The notes under the pieces: generated by a model
The model's input: only the letters and a program-made list of their open reading frames with translations
Database searches by the model: none
What the model was told of the DNA's origin: nothing
DNA from: Candidatus Poribacteria bacterium
Lineage (GTDB): Bacteria > Poribacteria > WGA-4E > WGA-3G
Length of the DNA stretch: 64,000 bases
Assembly: GCA_963422705.1 (NCBI GenBank)
Contig: OY730443.1
Location: 3,169,394 to 3,233,393, forward strand
Reading direction: 5' to 3'
Shown here: in pieces, positions 9,682-21,252 of the stretch
How positions within the stretch are numbered: the first letter of the stretch is position 1
Layout: every line of letters starts with the position of its first letter
Translations under genes and position numbers: made by a program

Positions 9682-12600
9682 ATGTTGAACCTTGTAGAAA
9701 ATCGAAAACGCCTGTCTGTGTCTCTCTGTTTCATCTTTTTCTTCATGAGTTACGTTGTGCCGGTTAAAGCACGCGTCGAGCACGTGACAACTGATGAGGG
9801 GATTACCTTACATTTGAGTTTGCCACAACTTGTGCATGAAGAAGAGGTTTTAGATGGTGTAACATATCACCTTGTTGGTTATGAAACGTGCGGCTATATC
9901 TCCGAACCGGGCATGCCGAAAGTGCCTGTGACGCGTGTCATGCTGGGTGTTCCACCGGGGGTGCGTGTAGAAGTTGCCGACGTTTCTGCGGCCGCGGCGC
10001 AGACGCGTTCTGGTATCCGACTCCCCGTCGTGCCAGTTCCCTTATCGCGGCAGACTTCTCGACAGCGTGGTACTGCATCGCTAGCGCGCATCGTTGCCGA
10101 TGGCTACATCCGGAGTCAACGCGTCGTGCTCGTGGAATTGGCGCCGGTGCAGTATATTGAGCAAGCGCGGCAGTTAAGGACATATGCCTGGCTCACGGTG
10201 AAACTGCGCTTTCAGCAGATGAGAGAAAGTGGCATGCCGCTTGTAAGTGGTTCCGCATCAGAAATCAATCGGTTTCCTGCACAGGGCCGCGCCGTTAAGG
10301 AGCCCCCTGTTTTTGAACAAGCCTTGTCGCGATTATTGTTGAATGCGGAAGCAGCCGCCCCGTTTCGGCAGCCGCCTCGGCCGGCAGCCGCACCTGCAGC
10401 AGTCGGAGTAAAGAAGGGGACAGCGCGGTCGCTGTGCAAAATTTTTGTGGAACATACCGGCGTTCACGCGATGACTGCGGACTCACTACGGCGCGATTTT
10501 GATATAGATTTGGTTGGGGCAGACACGATGGGCTTTCGGATGTGGCATGACGACAGAGAAGTACCCATTTATATCGAGGGGGGAGAAGATGGCCTCTTTG
10601 ATGCACATGATGTTATCTTTTTCCTTGGCTTGAAAACCGATAATCCTTACACCCGGTGGAACATCTATTGGCTCACGCATGATGAGAACAGAAACAGAAC
10701 AGCCGCACGCGTGCCGTACCTTAACGCCGCTCCCGGTGATGCGACGGCGACACAAGTACCGTCTTTTCGCTCCATTGTTACATTTGAAGCAAATCAACTC
10801 ACCAGTAACTTAGAATTTGTGAAGCCTGATAATGTGTCGCCCGGGAATAAACATGGATGGTTTGACGTGCTTGATTTCTGGTACTGGGATGGCATCAAAA
10901 ACGCTGGGGATAGTGGGGAAATGCGCTTGGAAGTTCCGCTCTATGATGTTGCCAAAAGTTTTGAACCGCCGCGGATTCACGTGGAACTGCAAGGGGGAAC
11001 TCCCGTTGAACACGATGTTCTTGTCGCGTTTAATGGGGTGCGAATTGACGTCGCAAATTGGGAACAGCAAGATACGCTTGCGCTTGAGCGGACGTTTCGA
11101 ACGTGGGAAACCCTCAAAGATTTGTCTGCCGGTGAGTATAATGTATTTTCTTTGGCACGCGTCGATAGTACCTTTGAAGAAGATACGACGCGCTATCCGT
11201 ATCATGTCTATGTTAACCGATTTTCAGTCGAGTACACGCGCCTCTTCAAAGCCGTCGCGGACCGGTTGTGGATGCGTTCGCCCTCTCGTTCGGACGTGGA
11301 GTCGCGTGCAAGTCGCAAATTGCAATACAGAATCGACGGGTTCCTCGCACGTAATGTGCATGTCTTTGAGACGGATGGGACGAATCTGACAGCAAAACTG
11401 AGCGGAGTCGTCGTTGAGGACAAACCCGTGGAACCGCTGGAGCGAGATAGGTGGCGGCACCTTATCAAGACGGGCACCCTGGGTGCGGATGCGCGAATTC
11501 CTAACACCGCGTACACGACAACTTTTCAGGTATCCGATGCGCGAAAGACACAGTTTATTGCAATCTCAGAAGCGGCGGTGCTGCAGCCAATCCGCGTCGA
11601 GTTCGTGCCCCCGAGTACGCTTATCGATTCACCGAACGGCGCCGATTACCTGATTATTACACATCCGAAATTCACTCAGGCAGCGGAAACCTTAGCCGGA
11701 TGGCGCGCGACAGCCACTGGCGGTGGATACCGCACCAAGGTTGTCAGTACAGAAGATATTTACAATACATTCGGTAACGGACATGTGCATCCGAGTGCCA
11801 TCAAAACGTTTCTCACCCATGCTTATCACACCTGGCAGCCCCCCGCCCCAACGTATGTCGTGCTTTTTGGCGACGCGACATTCGATTTTCGCGGGATTGA
11901 CGCATCTCTCTACCCCGAACCGCCGGAAATGGACGGCTATATTCCGACACATTACATCCATACGGATTCGTTCGGGCGTACTTCGTCAGATCATTGGTAC
12001 GCCACAGTTTCTGGTTACGATGAGTTTACTGATTTCTATATCGGTAGACTGAGTGTAGAAACGACGAGCGAAGCCACCGCGATTGTCGATAAAATTATTG
12101 CATATGAACAGCGCGCCCGGGGAAATGGCAATCGTCCAAGGGAAGATGAGTGGCGGCGAAGAATCATCTCGGTTGCTGACGATGAAGTGAGTAACTCCGG
12201 CGACTTTATCTTTAAAAAGAGCCTCGATGAAATCGCAAAAAATCACACATTGTTGGGCTATGAAACCGTGCAAGTTTTCCTTGAAGATGTCATTGACGAG
12301 GTGTCGGCGCGGCCGGCGGAATTTCCGGGCCTCTTACCGCAACGCGTCGCAAAAAACCGAATTATAGATGCCCTGAGTGAAGGCGCTGTTATCGCGCAAT
12401 ACGCGGGACACGGTGGCAGAATCGTTTGGGCACACGAAGCAATCTTTGATAACGCATCGGTTGAACTGTTGGAAGAAACACCGAAAATCCCGTTTATGCT
12501 CGTGCTGAGTTGTTACAACGGCTACTTTGACAAGCCGGGTGAGCCGAGCATGGCAGAGAAACTCTTGCGGAAGCCCAGGGGCGGTATCATTGGGATGCTG

Positions 12601-15600
12601 AGTGCAACCCGGCTTACCTATGCCGGGGGCAACGACGCACTCAACCGCATTATTTTTGACATGTTCTTCAAACGCAACGTCACACAACTCGGTCCGATAA
12701 GTTTTGATTCAAAACTTGAGTTGCTGATGACAGAAGGCACGGGGCAAATTGATGTGATGATGGAGTATACACTGTTCGGGGACCCGGCCTTGCAGATTGC
12801 CCTCCCGGAATACGAATTCCGGCCAGAAATTTTGACGAAGACGGTTGCACCCGGCGATATCCTCCGTATCGCTCCCGGGACGGTTCAGAATGTACGCTAT
12901 GATGACAAGACGCAAATCAAACAGTTCACTCGTAACACCGATTTTGTGGGAATGCTGACAGTGACAGCACGCTTCCCGGGTAAAAATGCGATTGGGCAAG
13001 GTGTCACCGGGCCGGTGGAATACTATACCGGCGATGTAATCGTGACAAAAAGTATCCCGGTAACTCAGGGGACGTATCCAGCAGTGAGCATTGAGGTACC
13101 ACGCAACATTGCCCCCGGTGATGCGCATGTTGAATACGCTGCTCAAAGCGACGTCACTGTGGATATCGCTGTTGGCGGGGACTCTTTTACGGTAGATGTT
13201 CCCAAGATACTTGACATCCGACCGGAATTAGTTAGCGACGATACTTTTCTTATTTCTGTTAAGGTGTCCGATGATACGATAGGACAACTTACCACAGTGA
13301 TGCTTGAGTGGCGGAACCCGCAAACGCGGCAGTGGGAAGAAGTAACACTCATACCGAAAGCGTCGGGTACTGATGGGGAGTGGTGGACACTGCCTGAGGC
13401 GCTTCCGGTGCCAAGAGATGGGCGTGTCATCCGATATGAGATTACTGCAACGGATGCCGATGGCAATACCGTGACAAGTGATAACTTGCGCTATTATCCT
13501 TATACCTACCCGAATCTCTCTGTTGTCGAGGTATCCCGTGCTCATGTCATTCGGTATCACTATGATGCTGACAGTAAGCAGTGGAAGCTCTCCGCGGACG
13601 TGGAATGGATAGGCGTCGATGAACAATTTCCTCTGTCTGTTGCCTTCTTTAACGGGAACCCGGATCTTGACGGTGATGGCCGGGTTGATAGCAATGCCAA
13701 TAGAATTGGTATGACACGAATTGTCCCGGGCGACTGGGTGCAGCGCAATCCGTTGAAGAAAGAGGGGTTTTATCCATCAGATCCGCTGAACATAAATCCG
13801 ATTGCAACGGCGACAATTGCACACGAATTGCGCCGCGGCAAGCACGATATCTTTGTCGTCGTTGATGTGTCAGAGGCGATTCGCGAAAATGATGAAGACG
13901 ATAACGTCGGCTACCACAAGATTCACGTTGAGACTGGGGTTGTTGGCCGGCTGCCACGTCAGATTCTGAGTTTAGATGAAAATTGCATCATCACCGCCCC
14001 CGGAAATGTTCTGGATACCGATGCAGTCGTGGCTATTCGCGCCCTTGGAAGTTCAACAGGTTTGGGAGGCACCGGCGTCCCTATCGAAAAAAACTACCCC
14101 TCTATTTTCCGATTTCAGCGGGCACCCTTGCCCGGTGATGTGCTTGCCTATGATATTGCCTTGGATACTGGGGCATCGTCGGGTAGATTAAAGACACCCG
14201 TCACAGTGTCTTTAAATTTGGACACGGCGGGACTGACTCAGCAGTTGCGACAAGAATTGCTAGGTGTTGACGCGACGCATGCCGATGGTGAAGGAGAGGT
14301 AGATGTTGCTGCTACGTTAACGGCGGCGTTGAGCACGCGCGTTCAGGAGACGGGTATCTACCTCTGGAATGTGCATCTTGGCAATTGGACGCGGCTTGAA
14401 TCCCAAAACCGCTTACAAGCTGCTACAACACAAATGAAGGTTACGCGTGTTTCGGCCCAAAATATCGGTGGCGGCTATTTACAAAATGTTCGCCTTCATC
14501 CGGACGGTGCGCGTAGCGGAAAATGGGTGCTGCTTTGGCAGGCAAAACGTTCGTACCGGCTCTTGTTGGCACCCACCGGAACGCCTGACGTTGAAGCGGA
14601 CAATCCGGACGCTCCCGTTACTGATAGTGAGCTTCCATTGGAAACTGTGTATTCAGCACAGCAATTGATACGGTTTAGCCCAGACGCTCCCGTTTTTCGC
14701 GACGGTATCGCGCTTGATATTGCACCCGACGATTCGCTTCCATTCGCATTCGGGGATGTTATCTCTTTCCGTATTACACAAATCCAAGAGCCGCCTACCG
14801 ATGAGGGTATCGCTGGTCCGCGGTGGTACGCTTCCTCCTTCCGAAACAGGAACGAAGGTAACGGTAGCCTGAGTTACATTCACCTAGAACCTGATACGAC
14901 TATACCAGAAGAGCGTTGGGTGCTTCTTTTTGTCACAGCAACGACATTTCAGGTGGAAGGCGAGAAAACGGGTGTTTTGCGCGGGGCAGATGGGATGCCC
15001 TACCGGGGAAAAAGCGGCGTTCCGTTTGAATATGCACCCTACGGTTTAAAGCTTCTGGTGACACAAGGCGAGCGCCCTTTTACTGTAGGTGATAGTTTCA
15101 GGTTTCAAACCGGCCCGGTCCAGACGCTCCGCGCGACAACAGATATCCTGGCCCCTGTGACACTCCTGCACAGTGATGACACTGTTGCGCCTGATATCCA
15201 GTTAACCGTCTCGTCACAACAGCACTTTATCCCGGGCGATGGAGCGGATGCAGAACCTATTATTGGTGCCACGCTCACTGATGATAGCGGGCTCGATACG
15301 ATTACCCGTCCTCTAACGCTGGAGCTCGGTACGCCGGGAAGGGGCTACGAAACTATCGCCCCTGAGGCGTATCAATTAACACAAGTACCGGGTTCTCCTC
15401 AACTCACTTTAACATACGCGTCGCCGAAGTTAGAACCGGGCGAGTACCGCATGCGGCTCAAGGCGAGCGATGTCCACGGCAACACTGCTGAGTCAAACAT
15501 AACATTTCAGGTTTACGGCAACCTGCAACTGGTTTCTTTCCTCAATTATCCGAATCCGTTTACGCGTTCTACTATGCTAACATGTGAGCTCACTGCCCCG

Positions 15601-15816
15601 TCGGATTCGATAGACATTAAAATCTATACGGTGAGTGGGCGACTGATTCGAACATTATCTCTATTACCGACAGCGGGATTTTTGATGGAGGAATGGGATG
15701 GCAAGGATGCGGATGGCGTCGATGTCTCCAACGGTGTCTACTACGCGAAAATTCAGATTCACCGTGAGGGTGAGAAGGAACTCACCGACGTATTGAAAAT
15801 GCTGAAGCTGCGATGA
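9682..15816 (+). CDS. Giant secreted C25 (gingipain-like) cysteine peptidase with Ig-like domains and a T9SS C-terminal sorting domain
   Basis: Catalytic-type motifs YAGHGGRIVWAHE (His) and VLSCYNGYFD (Cys) of the C25 family. The C-terminus (LNYPNPFTRSTMLTCEL...IKIYTVSGRLIRTL) is Por/T9SS CTD-like. 2044 aa. Confidence 0.75.
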   Translation: MLNLVENRKRLSVSLCFIFFFMSYVVPVKARVEHVTTDEGITLHLSLPQLVHEEEVLDGVTYHLVGYETCGYISEPGMPKVPVTRVMLGVPPGVRVEVADVSAAAAQTRSGIRLPVVPVPLSRQTSRQRGTASLARIVADGYIRSQRVVLVELAPVQYIEQARQLRTYAWLTVKLRFQQMRESGMPLVSGSASEINRFPAQGRAVKEPPVFEQALSRLLLNAEAAAPFRQPPRPAAAPAAVGVKKGTARSLCKIFVEHTGVHAMTADSLRRDFDIDLVGADTMGFRMWHDDREVPIYIEGGEDGLFDAHDVIFFLGLKTDNPYTRWNIYWLTHDENRNRTAARVPYLNAAPGDATATQVPSFRSIVTFEANQLTSNLEFVKPDNVSPGNKHGWFDVLDFWYWDGIKNAGDSGEMRLEVPLYDVAKSFEPPRIHVELQGGTPVEHDVLVAFNGVRIDVANWEQQDTLALERTFRTWETLKDLSAGEYNVFSLARVDSTFEEDTTRYPYHVYVNRFSVEYTRLFKAVADRLWMRSPSRSDVESRASRKLQYRIDGFLARNVHVFETDGTNLTAKLSGVVVEDKPVEPLERDRWRHLIKTGTLGADARIPNTAYTTTFQVSDARKTQFIAISEAAVLQPIRVEFVPPSTLIDSPNGADYLIITHPKFTQAAETLAGWRATATGGGYRTKVVSTEDIYNTFGNGHVHPSAIKTFLTHAYHTWQPPAPTYVVLFGDATFDFRGIDASLYPEPPEMDGYIPTHYIHTDSFGRTSSDHWYATVSGYDEFTDFYIGRLSVETTSEATAIVDKIIAYEQRARGNGNRPREDEWRRRIISVADDEVSNSGDFIFKKSLDEIAKNHTLLGYETVQVFLEDVIDEVSARPAEFPGLLPQRVAKNRIIDALSEGAVIAQYAGHGGRIVWAHEAIFDNASVELLEETPKIPFMLVLSCYNGYFDKPGEPSMAEKLLRKPRGGIIGMLSATRLTYAGGNDALNRIIFDMFFKRNVTQLGPISFDSKLELLMTEGTGQIDVMMEYTLFGDPALQIALPEYEFRPEILTKTVAPGDILRIAPGTVQNVRYDDKTQIKQFTRNTDFVGMLTVTARFPGKNAIGQGVTGPVEYYTGDVIVTKSIPVTQGTYPAVSIEVPRNIAPGDAHVEYAAQSDVTVDIAVGGDSFTVDVPKILDIRPELVSDDTFLISVKVSDDTIGQLTTVMLEWRNPQTRQWEEVTLIPKASGTDGEWWTLPEALPVPRDGRVIRYEITATDADGNTVTSDNLRYYPYTYPNLSVVEVSRAHVIRYHYDADSKQWKLSADVEWIGVDEQFPLSVAFFNGNPDLDGDGRVDSNANRIGMTRIVPGDWVQRNPLKKEGFYPSDPLNINPIATATIAHELRRGKHDIFVVVDVSEAIRENDEDDNVGYHKIHVETGVVGRLPRQILSLDENCIITAPGNVLDTDAVVAIRALGSSTGLGGTGVPIEKNYPSIFRFQRAPLPGDVLAYDIALDTGASSGRLKTPVTVSLNLDTAGLTQQLRQELLGVDATHADGEGEVDVAATLTAALSTRVQETGIYLWNVHLGNWTRLESQNRLQAATTQMKVTRVSAQNIGGGYLQNVRLHPDGARSGKWVLLWQAKRSYRLLLAPTGTPDVEADNPDAPVTDSELPLETVYSAQQLIRFSPDAPVFRDGIALDIAPDDSLPFAFGDVISFRITQIQEPPTDEGIAGPRWYASSFRNRNEGNGSLSYIHLEPDTTIPEERWVLLFVTATTFQVEGEKTGVLRGADGMPYRGKSGVPFEYAPYGLKLLVTQGERPFTVGDSFRFQTGPVQTLRATTDILAPVTLLHSDDTVAPDIQLTVSSQQHFIPGDGADAEPIIGATLTDDSGLDTITRPLTLELGTPGRGYETIAPEAYQLTQVPGSPQLTLTYASPKLEPGEYRMRLKASDVHGNTAESNITFQVYGNLQLVSFLNYPNPFTRSTMLTCELTAPSDSIDIKIYTVSGRLIRTLSLLPTAGFLMEEWDGKDADGVDVSNGVYYAKIQIHREGEKELTDVLKMLKLR

Positions 15817-16859
15817 ATTTTAGGGAGGAGTGGACGATACGATGTCGCGTGATGAACATGAAAAATGATAAGTTTTGGGTGGGTATCTGTTGTCTACTCA
15901 TACATCTCATGATGCCGACGGACATCTTTGGGAAGTATACGGCGGACTTTCTGACGTTAGGCATCGGCGCTCGCGCCGTCGCGATGGGTGGCGCGGCGAC
16001 AGCGACTACGGACGATGTGTTTGCGATTTATTGGAATCCTGCCGCGTTGGGGCAGCACGAGCAGCACCAATTCGGTTTGATGCACGCTACGCTCAATGGA
16101 CTTTCTGCTCACAATTTTATCGGGTATAGCCATCCTCTAAAAAAGAGAGGGGCTATCGGTATTGCTTGGCTTCGTGTCGGGGTTGATGATATTCCTATTA
16201 CGGGTATTCCTGTGACTAGCCGTCCCGTTGGGCCGACAAACCGCCCGAAGGTAATTGGCACAACCAGCCACACGGACAATGCAGCTGTCCTCGCCGGCGG
16301 ATGGAAGCTGTTGTCGCACTCGCGATTCTCCTTTCGGCTTGGGGGCGCCCTTAAGCTCCTTTACATTGATAGTTATCAGAGCACGAACGCGATTGGTGGG
16401 GGTGGAGACTTTGGTATTCTTCTGACTGCAGATAAACCCGCTGTTTCCCTCGGTGTTCACATGACTGATATTTTGAGCACGAAACTCTATTGGAATACCC
16501 CGCCAGAGGTGGCCGGCGGTGTTCCACACACGGAGACGCTTGCCCCACGTGTCAAAGTCGGGATTGCTTCAACGCACCGACTCCCGCCAATGGGTAGCCG
16601 GCTGACGCTTGCCTGCGATGTTTTTACGCAACACGGATTGGAACTACATGCAGGTGCTGAGTACATGCTGTTTGATGTAATTGCCTTACGGATGGGCGTT
16701 GAAGGACAGAACGGTATCACCCGATTAAGGCGCTTGACGGTAGGAATTGGCATGCACCTGCGTTTTGTGAACGGGGCGACTGCAGTACTTGACTATGCCT
16801 TCGCGAACCACCCAGAATTGGGCGGCAGCCATCGGATGTCTTTTCAGGTGGGTTTCTAA
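15813..16859 (+). CDS. PorV/PorQ-family outer-membrane beta-barrel (candidate T9SS cargo shuttle)
   Basis: ATGA start/stop overlap with the upstream peptidase gene. N-terminal motif GIGARAVAMGGAATATTDDVFAIYWNPAAL is typical of the PorV/LptO family. Alternating beta-strand pattern ending in an aromatic residue. Confidence 0.6.
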   Translation: MNFREEWTIRCRVMNMKNDKFWVGICCLLIHLMMPTDIFGKYTADFLTLGIGARAVAMGGAATATTDDVFAIYWNPAALGQHEQHQFGLMHATLNGLSAHNFIGYSHPLKKRGAIGIAWLRVGVDDIPITGIPVTSRPVGPTNRPKVIGTTSHTDNAAVLAGGWKLLSHSRFSFRLGGALKLLYIDSYQSTNAIGGGGDFGILLTADKPAVSLGVHMTDILSTKLYWNTPPEVAGGVPHTETLAPRVKVGIASTHRLPPMGSRLTLACDVFTQHGLELHAGAEYMLFDVIALRMGVEGQNGITRLRRLTVGIGMHLRFVNGATAVLDYAFANHPELGGSHRMSFQVGF

Positions 16860-17214
16860 GTAAATCTCAATAACTTCTGGGTTTGCAGCATGATAAAAAT
16901 AAACTTCCTTTTACGGTTTGTTGCGATAGTGTCATCTAACTCTTGCCGAATTTGTTCCCGTTTCACGGCCACTTCCCTGTTTGCAATTCTGTATGCTTCT
17001 TGGGAAACCAGGATATCCGGCGCATCAGGTTTCTGATGGCCCAAAGCTGTTTTTTTTTATGTTGATTTTTCCTCGTTGGATATATATGGAAACGGGGCGG
17101 CTGCACGAAAAAGGGGAATTTATATTTTTTTTGCAAAAAACGGGGCGATTTGAAAGGATGCTTTCAGACGGTTTGTAAAAAAAAAATGTGAGGAGAAGTT
17201 ACCAAGACGCGCAT

Positions 17215-17397
17215 TTATACACGTTTCTCAATGAGTCGTCCGACGAAAAAAATTAAAATCCCTAACGTTAAGAATCCCATCTCAACGCCCATGGCTTTTG
17301 CTTCGCTATATCCGAATGGATTGGCACATCCTAAGTAGAGCCCTGCCCCTAAGCAGGCGATGCCTATTAATTCCAAAGTTTTTCCGATGTAGTACAA
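17215..17397 (-). CDS. Small two-helix membrane protein (60 aa)
   Basis: Two hydrophobic helices. It lies 33 nt downstream of, and co-directional with, the 17430..18143 gene. Confidence 0.3.
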   Translation of the reverse strand: MYYIGKTLELIGIACLGAGLYLGCANPFGYSEAKAMGVEMGFLTLGILIFFVGRLIEKRV

Positions 17398-17429
17398 ATG
17401 TCCTCCAGGACTATGAGAGGGAACTGTTT

Positions 17430-18143
17430 TTAATACAGACTTTTAATTTTGCCCCACTGTATCAACTTTTGTTGTCGGTTCGGTTCAATTTTCGCTGTGA
17501 AGACGAGATCACCGAGCCGAGTGTTCTCTTCGGTATAACCTGTGGGTGCCCAGGCGATTTTATTCTCTAATCTGCCTTCATCCACATCATTGTAGCTAAT
17601 GCCAAACCCGATACTGTTTCCCTTTGCGGCGACGGTATCAAGCCGAAAACTGAGTTCACACGTTTTCCCATCGTTTCCCCATGCCACTCGAGTCAGAGGA
17701 GATTTCATATATTTGATTTTTCGTTGGACGGGAATTTCATATCGGTAGAGTTCATCCTTGTATCCGGTGTGATGCGGGTCCAAATAGAGAATGAGATGGT
17801 CTTCGTGCATGATTTTGGATTGATGTTTTTCCAATCCATCATCTGTTAAATGAATAGCGATATAAAGGAATCCGCTTCTCCAAACGGCTGCGAAGCGCCC
17901 TGTGAAATCACTAGATTCCGCTGGCCATGCGTTGCCGGTTATCACCTCTTGTTGGAGTTTACTGGTGAGAATGTCCTCCCAAGCCGGGTCATCTAAGTAT
18001 CCGTCAACGATAGGTGCAACGGATACAAGTTCTGCGTTATATTGGAAAATTTGAAGTTTTTCGCCTGTAAGATGCGCGAGAGTATAGGGAATCGTTACGA
18101 GTAGAAAGGCCGCTATCAAAAGCATCTGACTTCTAATTCTCAT
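17430..18143 (-). CDS. Secreted carbohydrate-binding (CBM9/DOMON-like) protein
   Basis: Signal peptide MRIRSQMLLIAAFLLVTIPYTLA. Aromatic-rich beta-sandwich-like sequence. Confidence 0.45.
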   Translation of the reverse strand: MRIRSQMLLIAAFLLVTIPYTLAHLTGEKLQIFQYNAELVSVAPIVDGYLDDPAWEDILTSKLQQEVITGNAWPAESSDFTGRFAAVWRSGFLYIAIHLTDDGLEKHQSKIMHEDHLILYLDPHHTGYKDELYRYEIPVQRKIKYMKSPLTRVAWGNDGKTCELSFRLDTVAAKGNSIGFGISYNDVDEGRLENKIAWAPTGYTEENTRLGDLVFTAKIEPNRQQKLIQWGKIKSLY

Positions 18144-18289
18144 AAATATCTCCTTTTGGTTTTTGGGTAGGTTTTACTCACTCTATCAAGTATACCACAA
18201 GGTTAACAATTTTCTCAAGTGAATCTCGGGTATAATTAAGTGGGTGATTTCAAAAAATTACTTAATCTTAACATTTTTTTGAAATTGAT

Positions 18290-18318
18290 TTGAAATTTGT
18301 CAAAAAATTTGTTATACT
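18290..18318 (+). promoter_or_regulatory. Sigma70-like promoter upstream of ftsH
   Basis: TTGAAA, a 17-nt spacer, then TATACT. It lies about 100 nt upstream of the ftsH start in an AT-rich region. Confidence 0.45.
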
Positions 18319-18417
18319 TAATTGGAGAGCAGATAGGTTTTGAAAATCGCACTTAGCGTGCAGCGTGCAAGCCGATATTGCGAATCTGTTCTAAAGCTCA
18401 AATTTTAAGAGAGGCTT

Positions 18418-20343
18418 TTGGTTGTGAATAAGAATACAAGAAACATGTTATTATGGTGGGTATTTTTGGGATGTCTGGTTATCTTTGCCATTTTCCAATT
18501 AATCAACCGTAAAGATAAGGTTTACCCACTGACGACGTCTGATTTTCATAAATATATAAAAGAGGATCCCTCTGTATTTGACGGGGATTTGATCCTGGAT
18601 GAAGAATCGGTTGAAGGAAAGTTTCATGAAAGCGTGATACCGAAAGTTCAACAATATCTTAATCAACGTGCGGCGGTATCGGAAGAAGTGTTAACACCGA
18701 AAGTTCCTGAGAAGTGGAGTGGTGAATTTAAAACGAGTCGTGATAGTGAGAATTTCCGGCTTCAAGAGAAACTCTCGGAACAGGGAATTGCTTATGATGT
18801 AAAGGGCTCTTCTAACTTTACACAGTGGTTATTTGTATTTGGAACAACCGTTGTCCCTTTGCTTATTTTTTTGGGGTTGATGATTTTCTTGTCTCGTCAA
18901 ATGCAAGGGAGTGGGAATCGTGCGTTGTCGTTCGGAAAGAGTCGGGCCCGGCTACATTTAGCGAGTCAAGATAAGGTGACGTTTGATGATGTGGCGGGTG
19001 TTGATGAAGCAAAAGAGGCATTAGAAGAGGTTATTCAATTTCTCAAGGCGCCAAAGAAGTTTGAACGTTTGGGCGGTAGAATTCCAAAAGGTGTGCTGCT
19101 AATGGGGCCACCGGGGACTGGGAAGACGGTGCTTGCCAAAGCGGTTGCTGGAGAAGCGGATGTTCCGTTCTATAGCATTAGTGGTTCCGACTTTGTTGAG
19201 ATGTTTGTCGGGGTGGGTGCCTCCCGGGTACGTGACCTTTTTGAGACGGGCAAGAAAGACGCGCCTTGTATCATTTTTATTGATGAGTTAGATGCGGTTG
19301 GACGGCACCGTGGCGCTGGAATTGGGGGCGGACATGATGAACGCGAGCAAACGTTAAATCAACTGCTTGTTGAAATGCAGGGGTTTGATGTTTCTGAAGG
19401 GGTGATTTTACTTGCAGCGACGAACCGTCCTGATGTACTGGATCCCGCGTTGTTACGCCCCGGACGGTTTGACAGGCAAATTGTCGTTGACCTCCCTGAT
19501 GTTCGTGGCAGAGAGGCTATTCTCAAGGTGCATACTAAAGAGCCATACAAGATTTCGGAGGATGTGAATCTTGAGATTCTAGCCAAGTCCACACCGGGGT
19601 TCTCTGGAGCGGACCTTGAGAATGTTGCCAATGAGGCTGCACTGCTTGCCGCTAGGCAGGATAAAGAGTGGATTGATATGATGTGCTTGGATGAGGCGAG
19701 GGACCGCGTCCTGATGGGGCCAGAACGGCGAAGCCTTGTGATTAGTGAGGCTGAGCGCGAAATTACTGCTTATCATGAGGCAGGACATGCTCTGATGCTA
19801 CACTTTGTGCCTGAAAGTGACCCGAATTATAAGTGTACGATTGTTCCACGCGGCAGAGCACTCGGCGTGACAGCAAAATTACCGCTTGAGGAACGCCATA
19901 ATATGAGCAAAAAAGGACTTCTGGCCCATATTATCTTTGCACTCGGTGGACGTGTCGCCGAAGAAATCATCTTTAGGGAGCAGACAACAGGCGCAGAAAG
20001 CGATTTTGAACAAGCAACAAACCTCGCCCGGAGAATGGTCACGCAGTGGGGTATGAGTCGCCTCGGTCCACTCACATTCGGGAAAAGGGATGAGCAGGTT
20101 TTCCTCGGTAAAGAGCTTGCTGTTCATAAGGATTATAGTGAAAAAACCGCGATTGAAATTGATCGAGCTGTTCAGGAAATTGTCATGGAGTGCTACGAAA
20201 AAGCTCGCTCGATTTTGGAGACTAATATTGATGGATTGAAGCTGCTAGCGGACGCGTTGTTAGAACGGGAAACGCTTGTCACTAAGGAAATTGATGAAAT
20301 CCTTGGACCGCGGCCACAATTACCGGAGCGGACTGTCGCATGA
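18418..20343 (+). CDS. ftsH: ATP-dependent zinc metalloprotease FtsH
   Basis: N-terminal transmembrane helices. AAA Walker A GPPGTGKT, Walker B IIFIDELD, second region of homology, and the HEAGHAL zinc site. Confidence 0.95.
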   Translation: MVVNKNTRNMLLWWVFLGCLVIFAIFQLINRKDKVYPLTTSDFHKYIKEDPSVFDGDLILDEESVEGKFHESVIPKVQQYLNQRAAVSEEVLTPKVPEKWSGEFKTSRDSENFRLQEKLSEQGIAYDVKGSSNFTQWLFVFGTTVVPLLIFLGLMIFLSRQMQGSGNRALSFGKSRARLHLASQDKVTFDDVAGVDEAKEALEEVIQFLKAPKKFERLGGRIPKGVLLMGPPGTGKTVLAKAVAGEADVPFYSISGSDFVEMFVGVGASRVRDLFETGKKDAPCIIFIDELDAVGRHRGAGIGGGHDEREQTLNQLLVEMQGFDVSEGVILLAATNRPDVLDPALLRPGRFDRQIVVDLPDVRGREAILKVHTKEPYKISEDVNLEILAKSTPGFSGADLENVANEAALLAARQDKEWIDMMCLDEARDRVLMGPERRSLVISEAEREITAYHEAGHALMLHFVPESDPNYKCTIVPRGRALGVTAKLPLEERHNMSKKGLLAHIIFALGGRVAEEIIFREQTTGAESDFEQATNLARRMVTQWGMSRLGPLTFGKRDEQVFLGKELAVHKDYSEKTAIEIDRAVQEIVMECYEKARSILETNIDGLKLLADALLERETLVTKEIDEILGPRPQLPERTVA

Positions 20344-21167
20344 ACTGCCGTGGAAAAGTCATCGCTTTCGGAGAACGCACCTATGTTATGGGGGTTTTGA
20401 ACGTTACACCGGATTCCTTCTCTGATGGCGGGCGATTTCTGGACGTGGAAAGGGCCGTTACGCATGCAAAATCGATGCGTGAAGCCGGGGCAACGCTCAT
20501 TGATGTCGGTGGGGAATCCTCCCGGCCAGGCGCCGAACCTATTTCCGTAGATGAAGAATTGTCACGCGTCTTACCCGTCATTCATCGTCTTGCAGGTGAG
20601 TTGGATGTCATTCTCTCAATTGACACGTATAAAGCGACTGTAGCGCGATGTGCATTGGAAGCGGGAGCGCATATTGTCAATGATATCACGGCACTTCATG
20701 GGGACGCAGATATGGCGCGGGTTGTATCGGAGATGAAAGCTGGTATCATTTTGATGCACATGAAAGGTGTGCCTTCCATGATGCAACAACATCCACACTA
20801 TGTTGATGTTGTGGATGAGATTCGCTTGTGGCTACAGAACTGCGTTCAGATGGCGGTGGGGCAAGGCATCGCGCTTGAACAGGTTATCATCGACGCGGGC
20901 ATCGGCTTTGGTAAGAACACGGAACATAATCTAGAAATTCTAAAACGCCTTGATGAATTCCGTGCACTTAACTGTCCGCTGCTCATTGGCACTTCCCGGA
21001 AGTCCTTTATCGGTAATGTCTTGGCTCTTCCTGTAACGGAGCGACTTGAGGGTACGGCTGCGACGGTATGCTGGGCAATTTCGCGGGGAGTGGATATTGT
21101 TCGGGTTCATGATGTGAAGCCAATTGTACGCGTCGCGCGAATGATGGACGCGCTCTATCGGGAGTGA
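20340..21167 (+). CDS. folP: Dihydropteroate synthase
   Basis: GVLNVTPDSFSDGG pterin-binding motif. 4-nt overlap with ftsH, a common ftsH-folP linkage. Confidence 0.9.
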   Translation: MNCRGKVIAFGERTYVMGVLNVTPDSFSDGGRFLDVERAVTHAKSMREAGATLIDVGGESSRPGAEPISVDEELSRVLPVIHRLAGELDVILSIDTYKATVARCALEAGAHIVNDITALHGDADMARVVSEMKAGIILMHMKGVPSMMQQHPHYVDVVDEIRLWLQNCVQMAVGQGIALEQVIIDAGIGFGKNTEHNLEILKRLDEFRALNCPLLIGTSRKSFIGNVLALPVTERLEGTAATVCWAISRGVDIVRVHDVKPIVRVARMMDALYRE

Positions 21168-21252
21168 CACCGTTCTGAATTTTGCACCGCCACCCCGGTA
21201 TGCTCATCTAGCAAATCGGTAAATAAATGGCTTGGCCCCATCTTGAATATTA

